From the NCBI GenBank assembly GCA_951406725.2, contig OX597822.1, forward strand, positions 372,001-436,000: 64,000 nt of DNA, given 5' to 3'. Below the pieces are notes generated by a model. It was not told the DNA's origin. It saw only the letters and a program-made list of their open reading frames with translations, and searched no databases. How positions within the stretch are numbered: the stretch's first letter is position 1; every line of letters begins with the position of its first letter. Below, one piece after another: positions 1 to 13,963 of this stretch. This stretch comes from Octopus vulgaris. Lineage: Eukaryota. Both the position numbers and the translations under genes were made by a program.

Positions 1-225
1 TCAGTCATTCGACTGCGGCCATGCTGGAGGAACTGCCTTGAAGAATTTTTAGACGAATGAATCGACCCCTGTACTCATTCTTTTACAGCCTGTTACCTAT
101 TCTACCGATCTCTTTTGCCGAACCACTAAGTTACAGGGACGTAAACACACTAACACCAACATCGGACAAGCACAGACACAGACATACACACACTGATATA
201 TATATAAGTGTGAATGAATATCTAT

Positions 226-285
<60 letters not shown>

Positions 286-330
286 ACGACAAGCAAGCTT
301 CTTTCAGTTTCCGTCACCATACACACTCTG

Positions 331-390
<60 letters not shown>

Positions 391-537
391 GACGAGCTTC
401 TTTCAGTTTCCGTCTACCAAATCCACTTAGAAAGGCTTTAGTCGACACAAGGCTATAGTAGAAAACAATTGCCCAAGGTGCCACGCAGTGGGACTGAACC
501 CTTTGGTTAGGAAGCAAGCTTTTTACTACACAGCTAT
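1..537 (-). mobile_element. SINE family A copy (tRNA head, CORE-like segment, internal microsatellite, 3' tail)
   Basis: Matches the intact copy at 45721-46115 in reverse (gggactgaacc, gcccaaggtgccacgcag, cagtcatttgactgcggccatgctgg). A short internal segment is duplicated at ~285-316 and ~390-420. Confidence 0.85.
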
Positions 538-548
538 ACAGACACACA

Positions 549-608
<60 letters not shown>

Positions 609-611
609 TAA

Positions 612-870
612 TGGTTAAGGAAAAACTCACTGAAAATTATTTTCTGTTCATGTCAGAGTTAGATTTGAACCCCATAAGGAATATTTGGTCATGTATTGAG
701 CGCAAATTTGTTGGAAAAAAATTTGCAAGTTCTGATTAGCTTAGGAAAATTGCAAAAATGAAACGGGATGGTAGTCGCATTTCTTACTGTGGGAAACCAT
801 GTGGTAATTTTCCGAAATATTGGGTAAGCAAAAGGAAGTTAAGGAGACATGATATTTTATATTAATATGT
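612..870 (+). pseudogene. Degenerate Tc1-like transposase C-terminal remnant
   Basis: Translates as SELDLNPIRNIWSCIERK, matching the Tc1 SPDLNPIENxW motif; stop codons follow. Confidence 0.6.
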
Positions 871-1129
871 AGAGGTACTTTTACGCGTTATTTCTCTTTT
901 TATGAACTTTTAATCTCTTATTATAATATATAATAAAATTGTTATGACAAATAGTGCTTAAAAATTGATCATGTCTATATTTTTTGCGTAGTAGTGTAAA
1001 TAAATTTTTTGCGTGGGAGAGTCAGTAAATACTATATCTCTCCGTCTCATATACACACGCTCACACGCACACATACACACACGCACGAACGCACGCATGC
1101 ACACACACATTCCCTTATACAAACACACA

Positions 1130-1185
<56 letters not shown>

Positions 1186-1309
1186 CGAGCATCTATACAT
1201 ATATATATATGAGTGAGTATCTATACAAACACACACCCACGCGCACATACACACAGATATATTTATGTATAGATATGTATATCTATATATACATATAGGT
1301 ATGTGCTAA

Positions 1310-1341
<32 letters not shown>

Positions 1342-1439
1342 GCATGCATACACACACATGTATGTCTACACAAACACACACATTATCAACACGCACTTGA
1401 CCGTAACTGTGCTTCTCTACCTACCTTCCTGCTATCAGA

Positions 1440-1542
<103 letters not shown>

Positions 1543-1873
1543 GAATCCTATACATGACACTTAAAAATCGTCCAGTTTCCCGAAATAAATGAGATGATTT
1601 ATAAAACTCCCTTTGGAATTTCTTGATAACGATGCAAAATGTCTGAGTAGAAGGAAATCGAAATAACGACTTGGTATAATAATTATCTAATTTGACACAC
1701 AGCAGACTGAAATAAGCTGAGGCTAGCTACCTCAGCATGTGAATAATATTCCTGTAACATGCAAAACCATGGCTCCTGGGAAAGCAGACGACCAAAATGG
1801 TTAAGTGCAAAATTCGATAAAACATTTATTTCTATTTAGTTACATTTATTGTTTAATGTATTATGAGGTGTTA

Positions 1874-1906
<33 letters not shown>

Positions 1907-2197
1907 TTCATTTCAATATTGTTTTTGTTGTTGTAGTTGTTGTCGTTGTTGTTGTTGTCTGTGGTGTTGTTATTGGTTTTGCTGCTTCGGTTGTTTGTTT
2001 GTGGTTGTTGATTGAGTTATTTGTTCCATCGTGCTGTTTGTTTCTTTGCCAGGCAATGAAGATGCTCCTTGTTGGTCGGTGGTTGTTGTTAATGGAGGCC
2101 ACTATTCCTGTTGTTATTGCTAATGATCATGGCTACTGGTGCCGGTGTCATCGTCATTTTTAATGGCTACAGTTGCCATATATATATATATATATAC

Positions 2198-2395
2198 AAA
2201 GTTAATCCAAACATGAAAACACAAAGAGAAAACACCACAACGCGAGGACGTGGAACAAGTATAGTGTTATTGGACGCTCAGGAAAGGAAAGAAAAAGGGA
2301 AGATTTAACGTTTCGAGCGGAGCTCTTCGTCAGAGACATAGAAAAAGTGAAGATCCAAGGAAGGGAAGACGGAGGAAAAAAATCGCCAACGATAT
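2198..2395 (-). mobile_element. PLE terminal (pLTR-like) fragment with minimal hammerhead motif
   Basis: Minus strand reads CTGACGA-a-gagc-tcc-gctc-GAAA-cgtta (2302-2337). The same repeat occurs at 4785-5003, 26543-26620 and 32759-32812, always abutting (TA)n at aagttaatccaaac. Confidence 0.65.
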
Positions 2396-2455
<60 letters not shown>

Positions 2456-3314
2456 TTGGCAACTGTAGTACACACACATGTATGTATGTACGTGCGCGCG
2501 CGTGTGTGTGTGTGTGCACGTGTATTGGTAAGCAGAAGTACTCATTAAAAGCGTTAAGTACAATAGTCTACGTAGGCCGATCCTGTTACATTGGAGTTTC
2601 CACGGCCTGTAGCCAGATTTTCAATAAAGTTGGCACACACGCATACACACAGACACACAGACACACACACATACACACACACACACACACACGCACACAC
2701 ATATGTACACACACACACGCAGTTCTTATAGATTTGGTAATACTATTTGATGAGGGGGCAATTGCTCTGAATAGCTGGAGAAACAAACAGGAGGCGGAGA
2801 GCAACAAGCTCCACTTCCTTGAACGCCTTTGACCGCCGCTCTAGTAACTGCCAGTAACGTCATCATCATTACCATTGGACAGAAAACCCGCCCATGATTC
2901 CAAAAGAGAAAGATGAGATCTTTCCACCAACAGCACTACTACTCCATCGCATAGTAATATATATGAAATGGAAGGAGAGCAAGGAAAGGAAGAAGAGCAA
3001 AAAAAGGAAGAAGAGCTAGAAAAGGAAGAATAAGAAAAGGAAGAGCTGGAAATAGAACAGAGTAAGAAAACACCAAGAAACACGCAAAGAAAAAGCAACT
3101 AAAAAGACTGAAATGAAGTGGGAAGGCCTCCTCAAGACAACGTCATGTAAGGTTAACGGTCGCAAGGATTGGCGAAGAAAGTGTAATGAACGGAATAATC
3201 GATGTGGGACTTCCTGCCGGCTTTAAGGACGAAACGTCAATCGATCTGGGACTTCGAAAGACGAAGAAATTACTGGCCTTGTGCTAAAATTTAAAATCAT
3301 TATTATTATTATTC

Positions 3315-3432
3315 ACTTGATCACGATACAGACCAGGCTGTCAGATGTTGTTACACATCGCTTGACACAATGCACTTGCATTGTTTTAGCTTTTGAACTA
3401 ACAGACATACCCGGCGTTGCTCGGGATTTAAA
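3315..3432 (-). mobile_element. SINE tail fragment (same tail as 31740-31847)
   Basis: Reverse match to ctaaaacaatgcgaagcacattgtgaccagcgatgtgtagcaacatc. Confidence 0.6.
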
Positions 3433-3851
3433 TGGCATAGTTTGTATATGGTGCAGTTAAGTTGAAACATGTGATACGGGGAAGTGCAGCATTGACGACA
3501 AAACATTTGTGGAGTAAATGAAGGGCTAAATCGCCTAAGTGACATATCATGCGTCTGTTTGGAAGATTCCAGGCCCTAACCTTGTTATGGAAAAGTGGGT
3601 AGTGGGTGTGATTTTTGAACGCACCAGAAAGCTTTCAGTGGATATACTCTCCTTTGCGACTGTCGGCGCTGCCGCTACCACGCTGAACAATCAGCAAATA
3701 TAGGAACTATATGTGATAAATTAAACCTGTGAGCGCGCTCAACAGCACCACTTGAGAGAAATCTACTTGAAAGAAATGACGTGGTAATGGGTGGGGTCGA
3801 TTTGAAAAGAAGCGCTTGAAAATAACAGCCATGCGATATTTTGGTTTGGAA

Positions 3852-4196
3852 TCAATAGTCGTGGCTCAACCGTACGCTCCTTCGCTTAAACAGCGTGCGA
3901 CCATTGCGAGGACAACTCAGCTCCCAAAAGAAAACAATTCTGTATGCTGCGCCAGGATGCGCAATGTTACATTAAAGACACGGTCTCTAGCAAACGTGGT
4001 TGGGTCCCGTGATGTTGGGTTGCTGACGTGGTTGGGACTCAATAGTCGTGGCTCAACCGTACGCCCCTTCGCGTAAACAGCGTGCGACCATTGTGAGGAC
4101 AACTCAGGTCCTAAACGAGAACAATTCTGCATGCAGCGTCCGGGCACGCAAGGTCACATTAAGGACACAGTCTCCAACTAACGTGGTTGGGTCTTA
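3852..4196. repeat. Diverged two-copy tandem duplication, period 187 bp
   Basis: tcaatagtcgtggctcaaccgtacgc starts at 3852 and again at 4039; similarity continues to aacgtggttgggtc. Confidence 0.85.
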
Positions 4197-4729
4197 GACA
4201 CTATAAATTAGTAGGTTAATGTACATGAAGAATATTTGTATGGGCTTCGTCTATGCTTAGAAGGAAAGCTTTGATACTGAAGGTAAAAGAAAATTGTTGA
4301 ATAGTTGCTCAGGGTTTAACATATTTTAGCATAATAAAAATAATAATAAAAATAGTGCGTTCCAAACTGTTTTTATTCCAACAACTTGCTACGTATGGTA
4401 CTACGGGAAAAAGCTATTATTACTGCCACCTAGACAACGCAGTTTGAAGTCTACACTGGTTCATCCATTTGATATAAGCTACTTATAACATTCCAGTAGC
4501 AGTTTTTTCAAGTTTGAACAGATGCAATGCGTGGACCATGCAGGTAGTCGTCAGTACCCCAGTAAAGGGAGGTTTTTGTCCGCTAGAAGCCCCATTACTC
4601 ATTATGTGAAAAATTTTAAGAGTCTAAAACCATCCCTAGAACATAAGTAATGTATGTTCTAAGTTTGGAGAAAATCAGGAGCGAACTTCAAAAGTTCTGC
4701 GGCTTTACACACACACACACGCGCACACT

Positions 4730-4784
<55 letters not shown>

Positions 4785-4788
<4 letters not shown>

Positions 4789-5000
4789 TAATCCAAACAT
4801 GAAAACACAAAGAGAAAACACAACAATACGAGGACGTGGAACAAGCATTGTGTTGTTGAACGCTCAGGAAAGGAAAGAAAGAAGGAAGATTTAACGTTTC
4901 GAGCGGAGTTCTTTGTCAGAAACATAGGAAAAGGAAAGATCCAAGGAAGAGAAGACTGAGGGAAAAAATCGCCAACGATACACACACGGTCACATTTTGA

Positions 5001-5003
<3 letters not shown>
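4785..5003 (-). mobile_element. PLE terminal fragment (same family as 2198-2395) with degenerate hammerhead
   Basis: Near-identical to 2198-2395; core mutated to ctgacaaa; flanked by (TA)n on both sides. Confidence 0.65.
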
Positions 5004-5070
<67 letters not shown>

Positions 5071-5109
5071 TATATATATAGATGACGCCACCCTGGAGCA
5101 GGCCAATAT

Positions 5110-5237
5110 TTCTACCGGATCAAAGACGGGGACTCCAGCAACGTGAAATGAAGCGATTTGTTCAAGAACACAACACGCCGCCCGGTCTGGGAATAGAGCC
5201 CACGATCTAGCGACCGTGAATGCAACAGCCTAACCAC
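5110..5237 (-). mobile_element. SINE family B head fragment
   Basis: agcaacgtgaaatgaag...ttgttcaagaacacaacacgc...taaccact matches the B head in reverse. Confidence 0.65.
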
Positions 5238-5297
<60 letters not shown>

Positions 5298-5653
5298 CAC
5301 GCCGGGAAAAATGCTTAGCAAATGTGTAGGTGGAGCTGTTTGTTGCAGGTTGAGCAACTGTTAGGTTCTACACAATTGCTCGACCTGCTAGAAATAACAG
5401 CACACGACTTATCTCATTTTATTTTAATAACCATTACTAGTTTATCATGTATAATATAATTATTACTCTAGGTAAATTTAGTACGTTAACTATGTTACCT
5501 CACCGACCCTCACGGCGCCCTTTAAAGCCTAACATGCCCAGCGCCCTCTTGTGGGTGGCATCGCCCATGTTGAGAGCCTCTGATGTAGATCAATAAGAAG
5601 AAAGATGAAGAAAAATAAGGATCGCAACAATAACGCTTTCTATATAAATACTT

Positions 5654-8600
5654 GTATTTGACTGGTACTTTACATTATCGACCCTGGAAGGATGAAAAGG
5701 TGACTTCGTTTGTGGTGGGTATTTGACTGGTACTTTACTTTATCGACCCTGGAAAGATGAAAAGGTGACTTCGGTTGTGGTGGGTATTTGACTGGTACGT
5801 TACTTTATCGAACCTGGAAAGATGAAAAGGTGACTTCGGTTGTGGTGGGTATTTGACTGGTACTTTACTTTATCGAACCTGGAAGGATGAAAAGGTGACT
5901 TCGGTTGTGGTGGGTATTTGACTGGTACTTTATTTTATCAACCCTGGAAAGATGAAAAGGTGACTTCGGTTGTGGTGGGTATTTGACTGGTACGTTACTT
6001 TATCGACCCTGAAAGATGAAAAGGTGACTTCGTTGTGGTGGGTATTTGACTGGTTCTTTACTTTATCAACCCTGGAAGGATGAAAAGGTGTCTTCGGTTG
6101 TGGTGGGTATTTGACTGGTACTTTACTTTATCGACCCTGAAAGATGAAAAAGTGACTTCGGTTGTGGTGGGTATTTGACTGGTACGTTACTTTATCGACC
6201 CTGGAAAGATGAAAAGGTGACTTCGGTTGTGGTGGGTATTTGACTGGTACTTTACTTTATCGACCTTGAAAGATGAAAAAGTGACTTCGGTTGTGGTGGG
6301 TATTTGATTGGTACTTTACTTTATCGACCCTGGAAAGATGAAAAGGTGACTGCGGTTGTGGTGGGTATTTGACTGGTACTTTATTTTATCGACCCTGAAA
6401 GATGAAAATGTGACTTCGGTTGTGGTGGGTATTTGACTGGTACGTTACTTTATCGACCCTGAAAGATGAAAAGGTGACTTCGGTGTGGTGGGTATTTGAC
6501 TGGTTCATTACTTTATCGACCCTGGAAAGATGAAAAGGTGACTTCGGTTGTGGTGGGTATTTGACTGGTACTTTACTTTATCGACCCTGAAAGATGAAAA
6601 AGTGACTTCGGTTGTGGTGGGTATTTGACTGGTACGTTACTTTATCGACCCTGGAAAGATGAAAAGGTGACTTCGGATGTGGTGGGTATTTGACTGGTAC
6701 TTTACTTTATCGACCTTGAAAGATGAAAAAGTGATTTCGGTTGTGGTGGGTATTTGACTGGTACTTTATTTTATCGACCCTGGAAAGATGAAAAGGTGAC
6801 TTCGTTGTGGTGGGTATTTGACTGGTTCTTTACTTTATCAACCCTGGAAGGATGAAAAGGTGACTGCGGTTGTGGTGGGTATTTGACTGGTACTTTATTT
6901 TATCGACCCTGGAAAGATGAAAAGGTGACTTCGGTTGTGGTGGGTATTTGACCGGGACTTTACTTTATCGACCCTGGAAAGATGAAAAGTTGACTTCGGT
7001 GTGGTGGGTATTTGACCTGAAAAGGTACTTTGTCACTTTATCGACCTGAAAGATGAAAAAGTGACCTGGAAAGATGAAAAGGTGACTTCGGTTGTGGTGG
7101 GTATTTGACTGGTACTTTATGACCCTTTTTATCGACCTGAAAGATGAAAAGGTGATTCGGTTGTGGTGGGTATTTGACTGGTACTTTACTTTATCGAACC
7201 TGAAAGATGAAAAAGGTGACTTCGGTTGTGGTGGGTATTTGACTGGTCATTTACTTTATCGACCCTGAAAGAGGAAAAGGTGACTTCGGTTGTGGTGGGT
7301 ATTTGACTGGTACTTTATTTTATCGACCCTGGAAAGATGAAAAGGTGACTTCAGTTGTGGTGGGTATTTGACTGGTACTTTATTTTATCGACCCTGGAAA
7401 GATGAAAAGGTGACTTCGGTTGTGGTGGGTATTTGACTGGTACTTTATTTTATCGACCCTGAAAGATGAAAAGGTGACTTCGGTTGTGGTGGGTATTTGA
7501 CTGGTACTTTACTTTATCGAACCTGAAAGATGAAAAGGTGACTTCGGTTGTGGTGGGTATTTGACTGGTACTTTACTTTATCGACCCTGAAAGATGAAAA
7601 AGTGACTTCGGTTGTGGTACGTATTTGACTGGTACTTTACTTTATCGACCCTGGAAAGATGAAAAGGTGACTTCGGTTGTGGTGAGTATTTGACTGGTAC
7701 TTTATTTTATCGACCCTGGAAAGATGAAAAGGTGACTTCGGTTGTGGTGGGTATTTGACTGGTACGTTACTTTATCGACCCTGAAAGATGAAAAGGTGAC
7801 TTCGGTGTGGTGGGTATTTGACTGGTTCTTTACTTTATCGACCCTGGAAAGATGAAAAGGTGACTTCGGTTGTGGTGGGTATTTGACTGGTACTTTACTT
7901 TATCGACCCTGAAAGATGAAAAAGTGACTTCGGTTGTGGTGGGTATTTGACTGGTACGTTACTTTATCGACCCTGGAAAGATGAAAAGGTGACTTCGGTT
8001 GTGGTGGGTATTTGACTTGTACTTTACTTTATCGACCTTGAAAGATGAAAAAGTGACTTCGGTTGTGGTGGGTATTTGATTGGTACTTTACTTTATCGAC
8101 CCTGGAAATATGAAAAGGTGACTTCGGTTGTGGTGGGTATTTGACTGGTACTTTACTTTATCGACCCTGGAAAGATGAAACTGTGACTTCGGTTGTGGTG
8201 GGTATTTGACTGGTACTTTACTTTATCGACCCTGGAAAGATGAAAAGGTGACTGCGGTTGTGGTGGGTATTTGACTGGTACTTTATTTTATCGACCCTGG
8301 AAAGATGAAAAGGTGACTTCGGTTGTGGTGGGTATTTGACCGGTACTTTACTTTATCGACCCTGGAAAGATGAAAAGTTGACTTCGGTGTGGTGGGTATT
8401 TGACTGGTACTTTACTTTATCGACCCTGGAAAGATGAAAAGGTGACTTCGGTTGTGGTGGGTATTTGACTGGTACTTTATTTACTTTATCGACCCTGAAA
8501 GATGAAAAGGTGACTTCGGCGTGGTGGGTATTTGACTGGTACTTTACTTTATCGACCCTGAAAGATGAAAAAGTGACTTCGGTTGTGGTGGGTATTTGAC

Positions 8601-11600
8601 TGGTTCTTTACTTCATCGACCCTGGAAAGATGAAAAGGTGACTTCGGTGTTGTGGGTATTTGACTGGTACTTTACTTTATCGACCCTGAAAGATGAAAAG
8701 GTGACTTTGGTTGTGGTGGGTATTTGACTGGTACTTTACTTTATCGACCCTGAAAGATGAAAAGGTGACTTCGGTGGCGTGGGAATTTGACTGGTACTTT
8801 ACTTTATCGACCCTGAAAGATGAAAAAGTGACATCGGTGTGTTGGGTATTTCACTGGTACTCTACTTTATAGACCCTAGAAAGATGAAAAAGTGACTTCG
8901 GTTGTGGTTGGTAGTTGAATGGTACGTTACTTTATCGACTCTGGAAAGATGAAAAGGTGACTTCGGTTGTGGTGGGTATTTGACCGGTACTTTACTTTAT
9001 CGACCCTGAAAGATGAAAAGGTGACTTCGGTTGTGGTGGGTATTTGACTGGTACTTTACTTTATCGACCCTGAAAGATGAAAAGGTGACTTCGGTTGTGG
9101 TGGGTATTTGACAGGTACTTTACTTTATCGACCCTGAAAGATGAAAAGGTGACTTCGGTTGTGGTGGGTATTTGACCGGTACTTTACTTTATCGACCCTG
9201 GAAAGATGAAAAGGTGACTTCGGTTGTGGTGGGTATTTGACTGGTACTTTACTTTATCGACCCTGAAAGATGAAAAAGTGACTTCGGTTGTGGTGGGTAT
9301 TTGACTGGTACTTTACTTTATCGACCCTGGAAAGATGAAAAGGTGACTTCGGTTGTGGTGGGTATTTGACTGGTACTTTACTTTATCGACACTGGAAAGA
9401 TGAAAAGGTGACTTCGGTTTGGTGGGTATTTGACTGGTACTTTACTTTATCGAACCTGAAAGATGAAAAAGTGACTTCGGTTGTGGTGGGTATTTGACTG
9501 GTCATTTACTTTATCGACCCTGAAAGAGGAAAAGGTGACTTCGGTTGTGGTGTGTATTTGACAGGTACTTTATTTTATCGACCCTGGAAAGATGAAATGG
9601 TGACTTCGGTTGTGGTTGGTATATGACTGGTACTTTATTTTATCGACCCTGGAAAGATGAAAAGGTGACTTCGGTTGTGGTGGGTATTTGGACGGTACTT
9701 TACTTTATCGACCCTGGAAAGATGAAAAGGTGACTTCGGTTGTGGTGGGTATTTGACTGGTACTTTACTTTATCGACCCTGAAAGATGAAAAGGTGACTT
9801 CGGTTGTGGTGGGTATTTGACTGGTACTTTACTTTATCGACCCTGGAAAGATGAAAAAGGTGACTTCGGTTGTGGTGGGTATTTGACTGGTACTTTACTT
9901 TATCGACCCTGGAAAGATGAAAAGGTGACTTCGGTTGTGGTGGGTATTTGACTGGTACTTTATTTTATCAACCCTGGAAGGATGAAAAGGTGACTTCGGT
10001 TGTGGTGGGTATTTGACTGGTACTTTATTTTATCGAGGCTGAAAGATGAAAAGGTGGCTTAGGTTGTGGTGGGTATTTGACTGGTACTTTACTTTATCGA
10101 CCCTGAAAGATGAAAAGGTGACTTCGGTTGTGGTGGGTATTTGACTGGTACTTTACTTTATCGACCCTGGAAAGATGAAAAGGTGACTTCGGTTGTGGTG
10201 GGTATTTGACTGGTACTTTACTTTATCGACCCTGAAATTTGAAAAGGTGACTTCGATTGTGTTGGGTATTTGACCGGTACTTTACTTTATCGACCCTGGA
10301 AAGATGAAAAGGTGACTTCGGTTGTGGTGGGTATTTGACTGGTACTTTATTTTATCGACCCTGAAAGATGAAAAGGTGACTTCGGTTGTGGTGGGTATTT
10401 GACTGGTACTTTACTTTATCGACCCTGAAAGATGAAAAAAGTGACTTCGGTTGTGGTGGGTATTTGCTGGTTCTTTACTTCATCGAACCTGGAAAGATGA
10501 AAAGGTGACTTCGGTGTGGTGGGTATTTGACTGGTACTTTACTTTATCGACCCTGAAAGATGAAAAGGTGACTTCGGTTGTTGTGGGTATTTGACTGGTA
10601 CTTTACTTTATCGACCCTGAAAGATGAAAAGGTGACTTCGGTTGTGGTGCGTATTTGACTGGTACTTTACTTTATCGACCCTGGAAAGATGAAAAGGTGA
10701 CTTCGGTGTGGTGGGTATTTGACTGGTTCTTCACTTTATCGACTCTGGAATGATGAAAAGGTGACTTCGGTTGTGGTGGGTATTTGATAGGTACTTTATT
10801 TTATCGACCCTGGAAAGATGAAAAGATAACTTCGGTTGTGGTGGGTATTTGACTGGTACTTAATTTATCGACCCTGTAAAGATGAAAAGGTGACTTCGGT
10901 TGTGGTGGGTATTTGACTGGTACTTTGTTTTATCGACCCTGAAAAGATGAAAAGGTGACTTCGGTTGTGGTTTGTATTTGACTGGTACTTTACTTTATCG
11001 ACCCTGGAAAGATGAAAGGTGACTTCGGTGTGTTGGGTATTTGACTGGTACTTTACTTTATAGACCCTGGAAAGATGAAAAAGTGACTTCGGTTGTGGTG
11101 GGTATTTGACTGGTACGTTACTTTATCGACTCTGGAAAGATGAAAAGGTGACTTCGGTTGTGGTGGGTATTTGACTGGTACTTTACTTTATCGACCCTGA
11201 AAGATGAAAAGGTGACTTCGGTTGTGGTGGGTATTTGACTGGTACTTTACTTTATCGACCCTGAAAGATGAAAAAGTGACTTCGGTTGTGGTGGGTATTT
11301 GACTAGTACTTTACTTTATCGACCCTGGAAAGATGAAAAGGTGACTTCGGTTGTGGTCGGGTATTTGACTGTTACTTTACTTTTTCGACCCTGAAAGATG
11401 AAAAGGTGACTTTGGTTGTGGTGGGTATTTGACTGGTACTTTATTTTATCAACCCTGGAAGGATGAAAAGGTGACTTCGATTGTGGTGGGTATTTGACTG
11501 GTACTTTACTTTATCGACCCTGTAACGATGAAAAGGTGACTTCGGTTGTGGTGGGTATTTGACTGGTACATTATTTTATCGACCCTGAAAGATGAAAAGG

Positions 11601-13963
11601 TGACTTCGGTTGTGGTGGGTATTTGACTGGTACTTTACTTTATCGACCCTGAAAGATGAAAAGGTGACTTCGGTTGTGGTGGGTATTTGACTGGTACTTT
11701 ACTTTATTGACCCTGGAAAGATGAAAAGGTGACTTCGGTGTGGTGGGTATTTGACTGATACTTTACGTTATCGACTCTGGAAAGATGAAAAGGTGACTTC
11801 GGTTGTGGTGGGTATTTGACTGGTACTTTACTTTATTGACCCTGGAAAGATGAAAAGGTGACTTCGGTTGTGGTGGGTATTTTACTGGTACTTTACTTTA
11901 TCGACCCTGGAAATATGAAAAGGTGACTTCGGTTGTGGTGGGTATTTGACTGGTACTTTACTTTATCGACCCTGGAAAGATGAAAAAGTGACTTCGGTTG
12001 TGGTGGGTATTTGACTGGTACTTTATTTTATCGACCCTGAAAGATGAAAAGGTGACTTCGGTTGTGGTGGGTATTTGACTGGTACTTTACTTTATCGACC
12101 CTGGAAAGATGAAAAGGTGACTTCGGTTGTGGTGGGTATTTGACTGGTACTTTACTTTATCGACCCTGGAAAGATGAAAAGGTGACTTCGGTTGTGGTGG
12201 GTATTTGACTGGTACTTTACTTTATCGACCCTGGAAAGATGAAAAGGTGACTTCGGTTGTGGTGGGTATTTGACTGGTACTTTATTTTATCGACCCTGGA
12301 AAGATGAAAAGGTGACTTCGGTTGTGGTGGGTATTTGACTGGTACTTTACTTTATCGACCCTGGAAAGATGAAAAGGTGACTTCGGTTGTGGTGGGTATT
12401 TGACTGGTACTTTACTTTATCGACCCTGGAAATATGAAAAGTTGACTTCGGTTGTGGTGGATATTTGACCGGTACTCTATTTTATCGACCCTGGAAACAT
12501 GAAAAGGTGACTTCGGTTGTGGTGGGTATATGACTGGCACTTTTATTTATCGACCCTGGAAAGATGAAAAGGTGACTTCGGTTGTGGTGGGTATTTGACT
12601 GGTACTTTACTTTATCGACCCTGGAAAGATGAAAAGATGACTTCGGTTGTGGTGGGTATTTGACTGGTACTTTACTTTATCGACCCTGGAAAGATGAAAA
12701 GGTGACTTTGGTTGTGGTGGGTATTTGACTGGTACTTTACTTTATCGACCCTGGAAAGATGAAAAGGTGACTTCGGTTGTGGTGGGTATTTGACCGGTAC
12801 TTTACTTCATCGACCCTGGAAAGATGAAAAGGTGACTTCGGTTGTGGTGGGTATTTGACTGGTACTTTACTTTATCGACCCTGGAAAGATGAAAAGGTGA
12901 CTTCGGTTGTGGTGGGTATTTGACCGGTACTTTACTTCATCGACCCTGGTAAGATGAAAAGGTGACTTCGGTTGTGGTGGGTATTTGACTGGTACTTTAT
13001 TTTATCAACCCTGGAAAGATGAAAAGGTGACTTCGGTTGTGGTGGGTATTTGACTGGTACTTTACTTTATCGACCCTGGAAAGATGAAAAGGTGACTTCG
13101 GTTGTGGTGGGTATTTGACCGGTACTTTACTTTATCGACCCTGGAAAGATGAAAAGGTGACTTCGGTTGTGGTGGGTATTTGACTGGTACTTTTTTTTAT
13201 CAACCATGGAAAGATGAAAAGGTGACTTCGGTTGTGGTGGGTATTTGACTGGTACTTTACTTTATCGACCCTGGAAAGATGAAAAGGTGACTTCGGTTGT
13301 GGTGGGTATTTGACTGGTACTTTACTTTATCGACCCTGGAAAGATGAAAAGGTGACTTCGGTTGTGGTGGGTATTTGACTGGTACTTTATTTTATCGACC
13401 CTGGAAAGATGAAAAGGTGACTTCGGTTGTGGTGGGTATTTGACTGGTACTTTACTTTATCGACCCTGGAAAGATGAAAAGGTGACTTCCGTTGTGGTGG
13501 GTATTTGACTGGTACTTTATTTTTTCGACCCTGGAAAGATGAAAAGGTGACTTTGGTTGTGGTGGGTATTTGACTGGTACTTTACTTTATTGACCCTGGA
13601 AAGATGAAAAGGTGACTTCGGTTGTGGTGGGTATTTGACTGGTACTTTACTTTATCGACCCTGGAAAGATGAAAAGGTGACTTCGGTTGTGGTGGGTATT
13701 TGACCGGTACTTTACTTTATCGACCCTGGAAAGATGAAAAGGTGACTTCGGTTGTGGTGGGTATTTGACTGGTACTTTATTTTATCGACCCTGGAAAGAT
13801 GAAAAGGTGACTTCGGTTGTGGTGGGTATTTGACTGGTACTTTACTTTATCGATCCTGGAAAGATGAAAGGGTGACTTCGGTTGTGGTGGGTATTTGACT
13901 GGTACTTTACTTTATCGACCCTGGAAAGATGAAAAGGTGACTTCGGTTGTGGTGGGTATTTGA
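5654..13963. repeat. Satellite array of 64/65-bp units (~128 copies) derived from the SINE-C central domain
   Basis: Unit gtatttgactggtactttactttatcgaccctggaaagatgaaaaggtgacttcggttgtggtgg (period 65, e.g. 12071 to 12136); a 64-bp variant has cctgaaag; no spacers. Confidence 0.97.

Noticed and set aside
3195-3250. Hammerhead at ggacGAAAcGTC
   Set aside because: No CUGANGA-type box upstream.
5505-5585. hAT-like terminus (also 45005-45050)
   Set aside because: Only a resemblance; no partner TIR or TSD found.
7010-7140. Scrambled satellite units as a real rearrangement
   Set aside because: Short interleaved unit fragments look like consensus error; cannot be judged without reads.
5654-13963. 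CRISPR array or tandem ribozyme (retrozyme) array
   Set aside because: Units are contiguous with no unique spacers, no cas genes are present, and neither strand has a hammerhead core.
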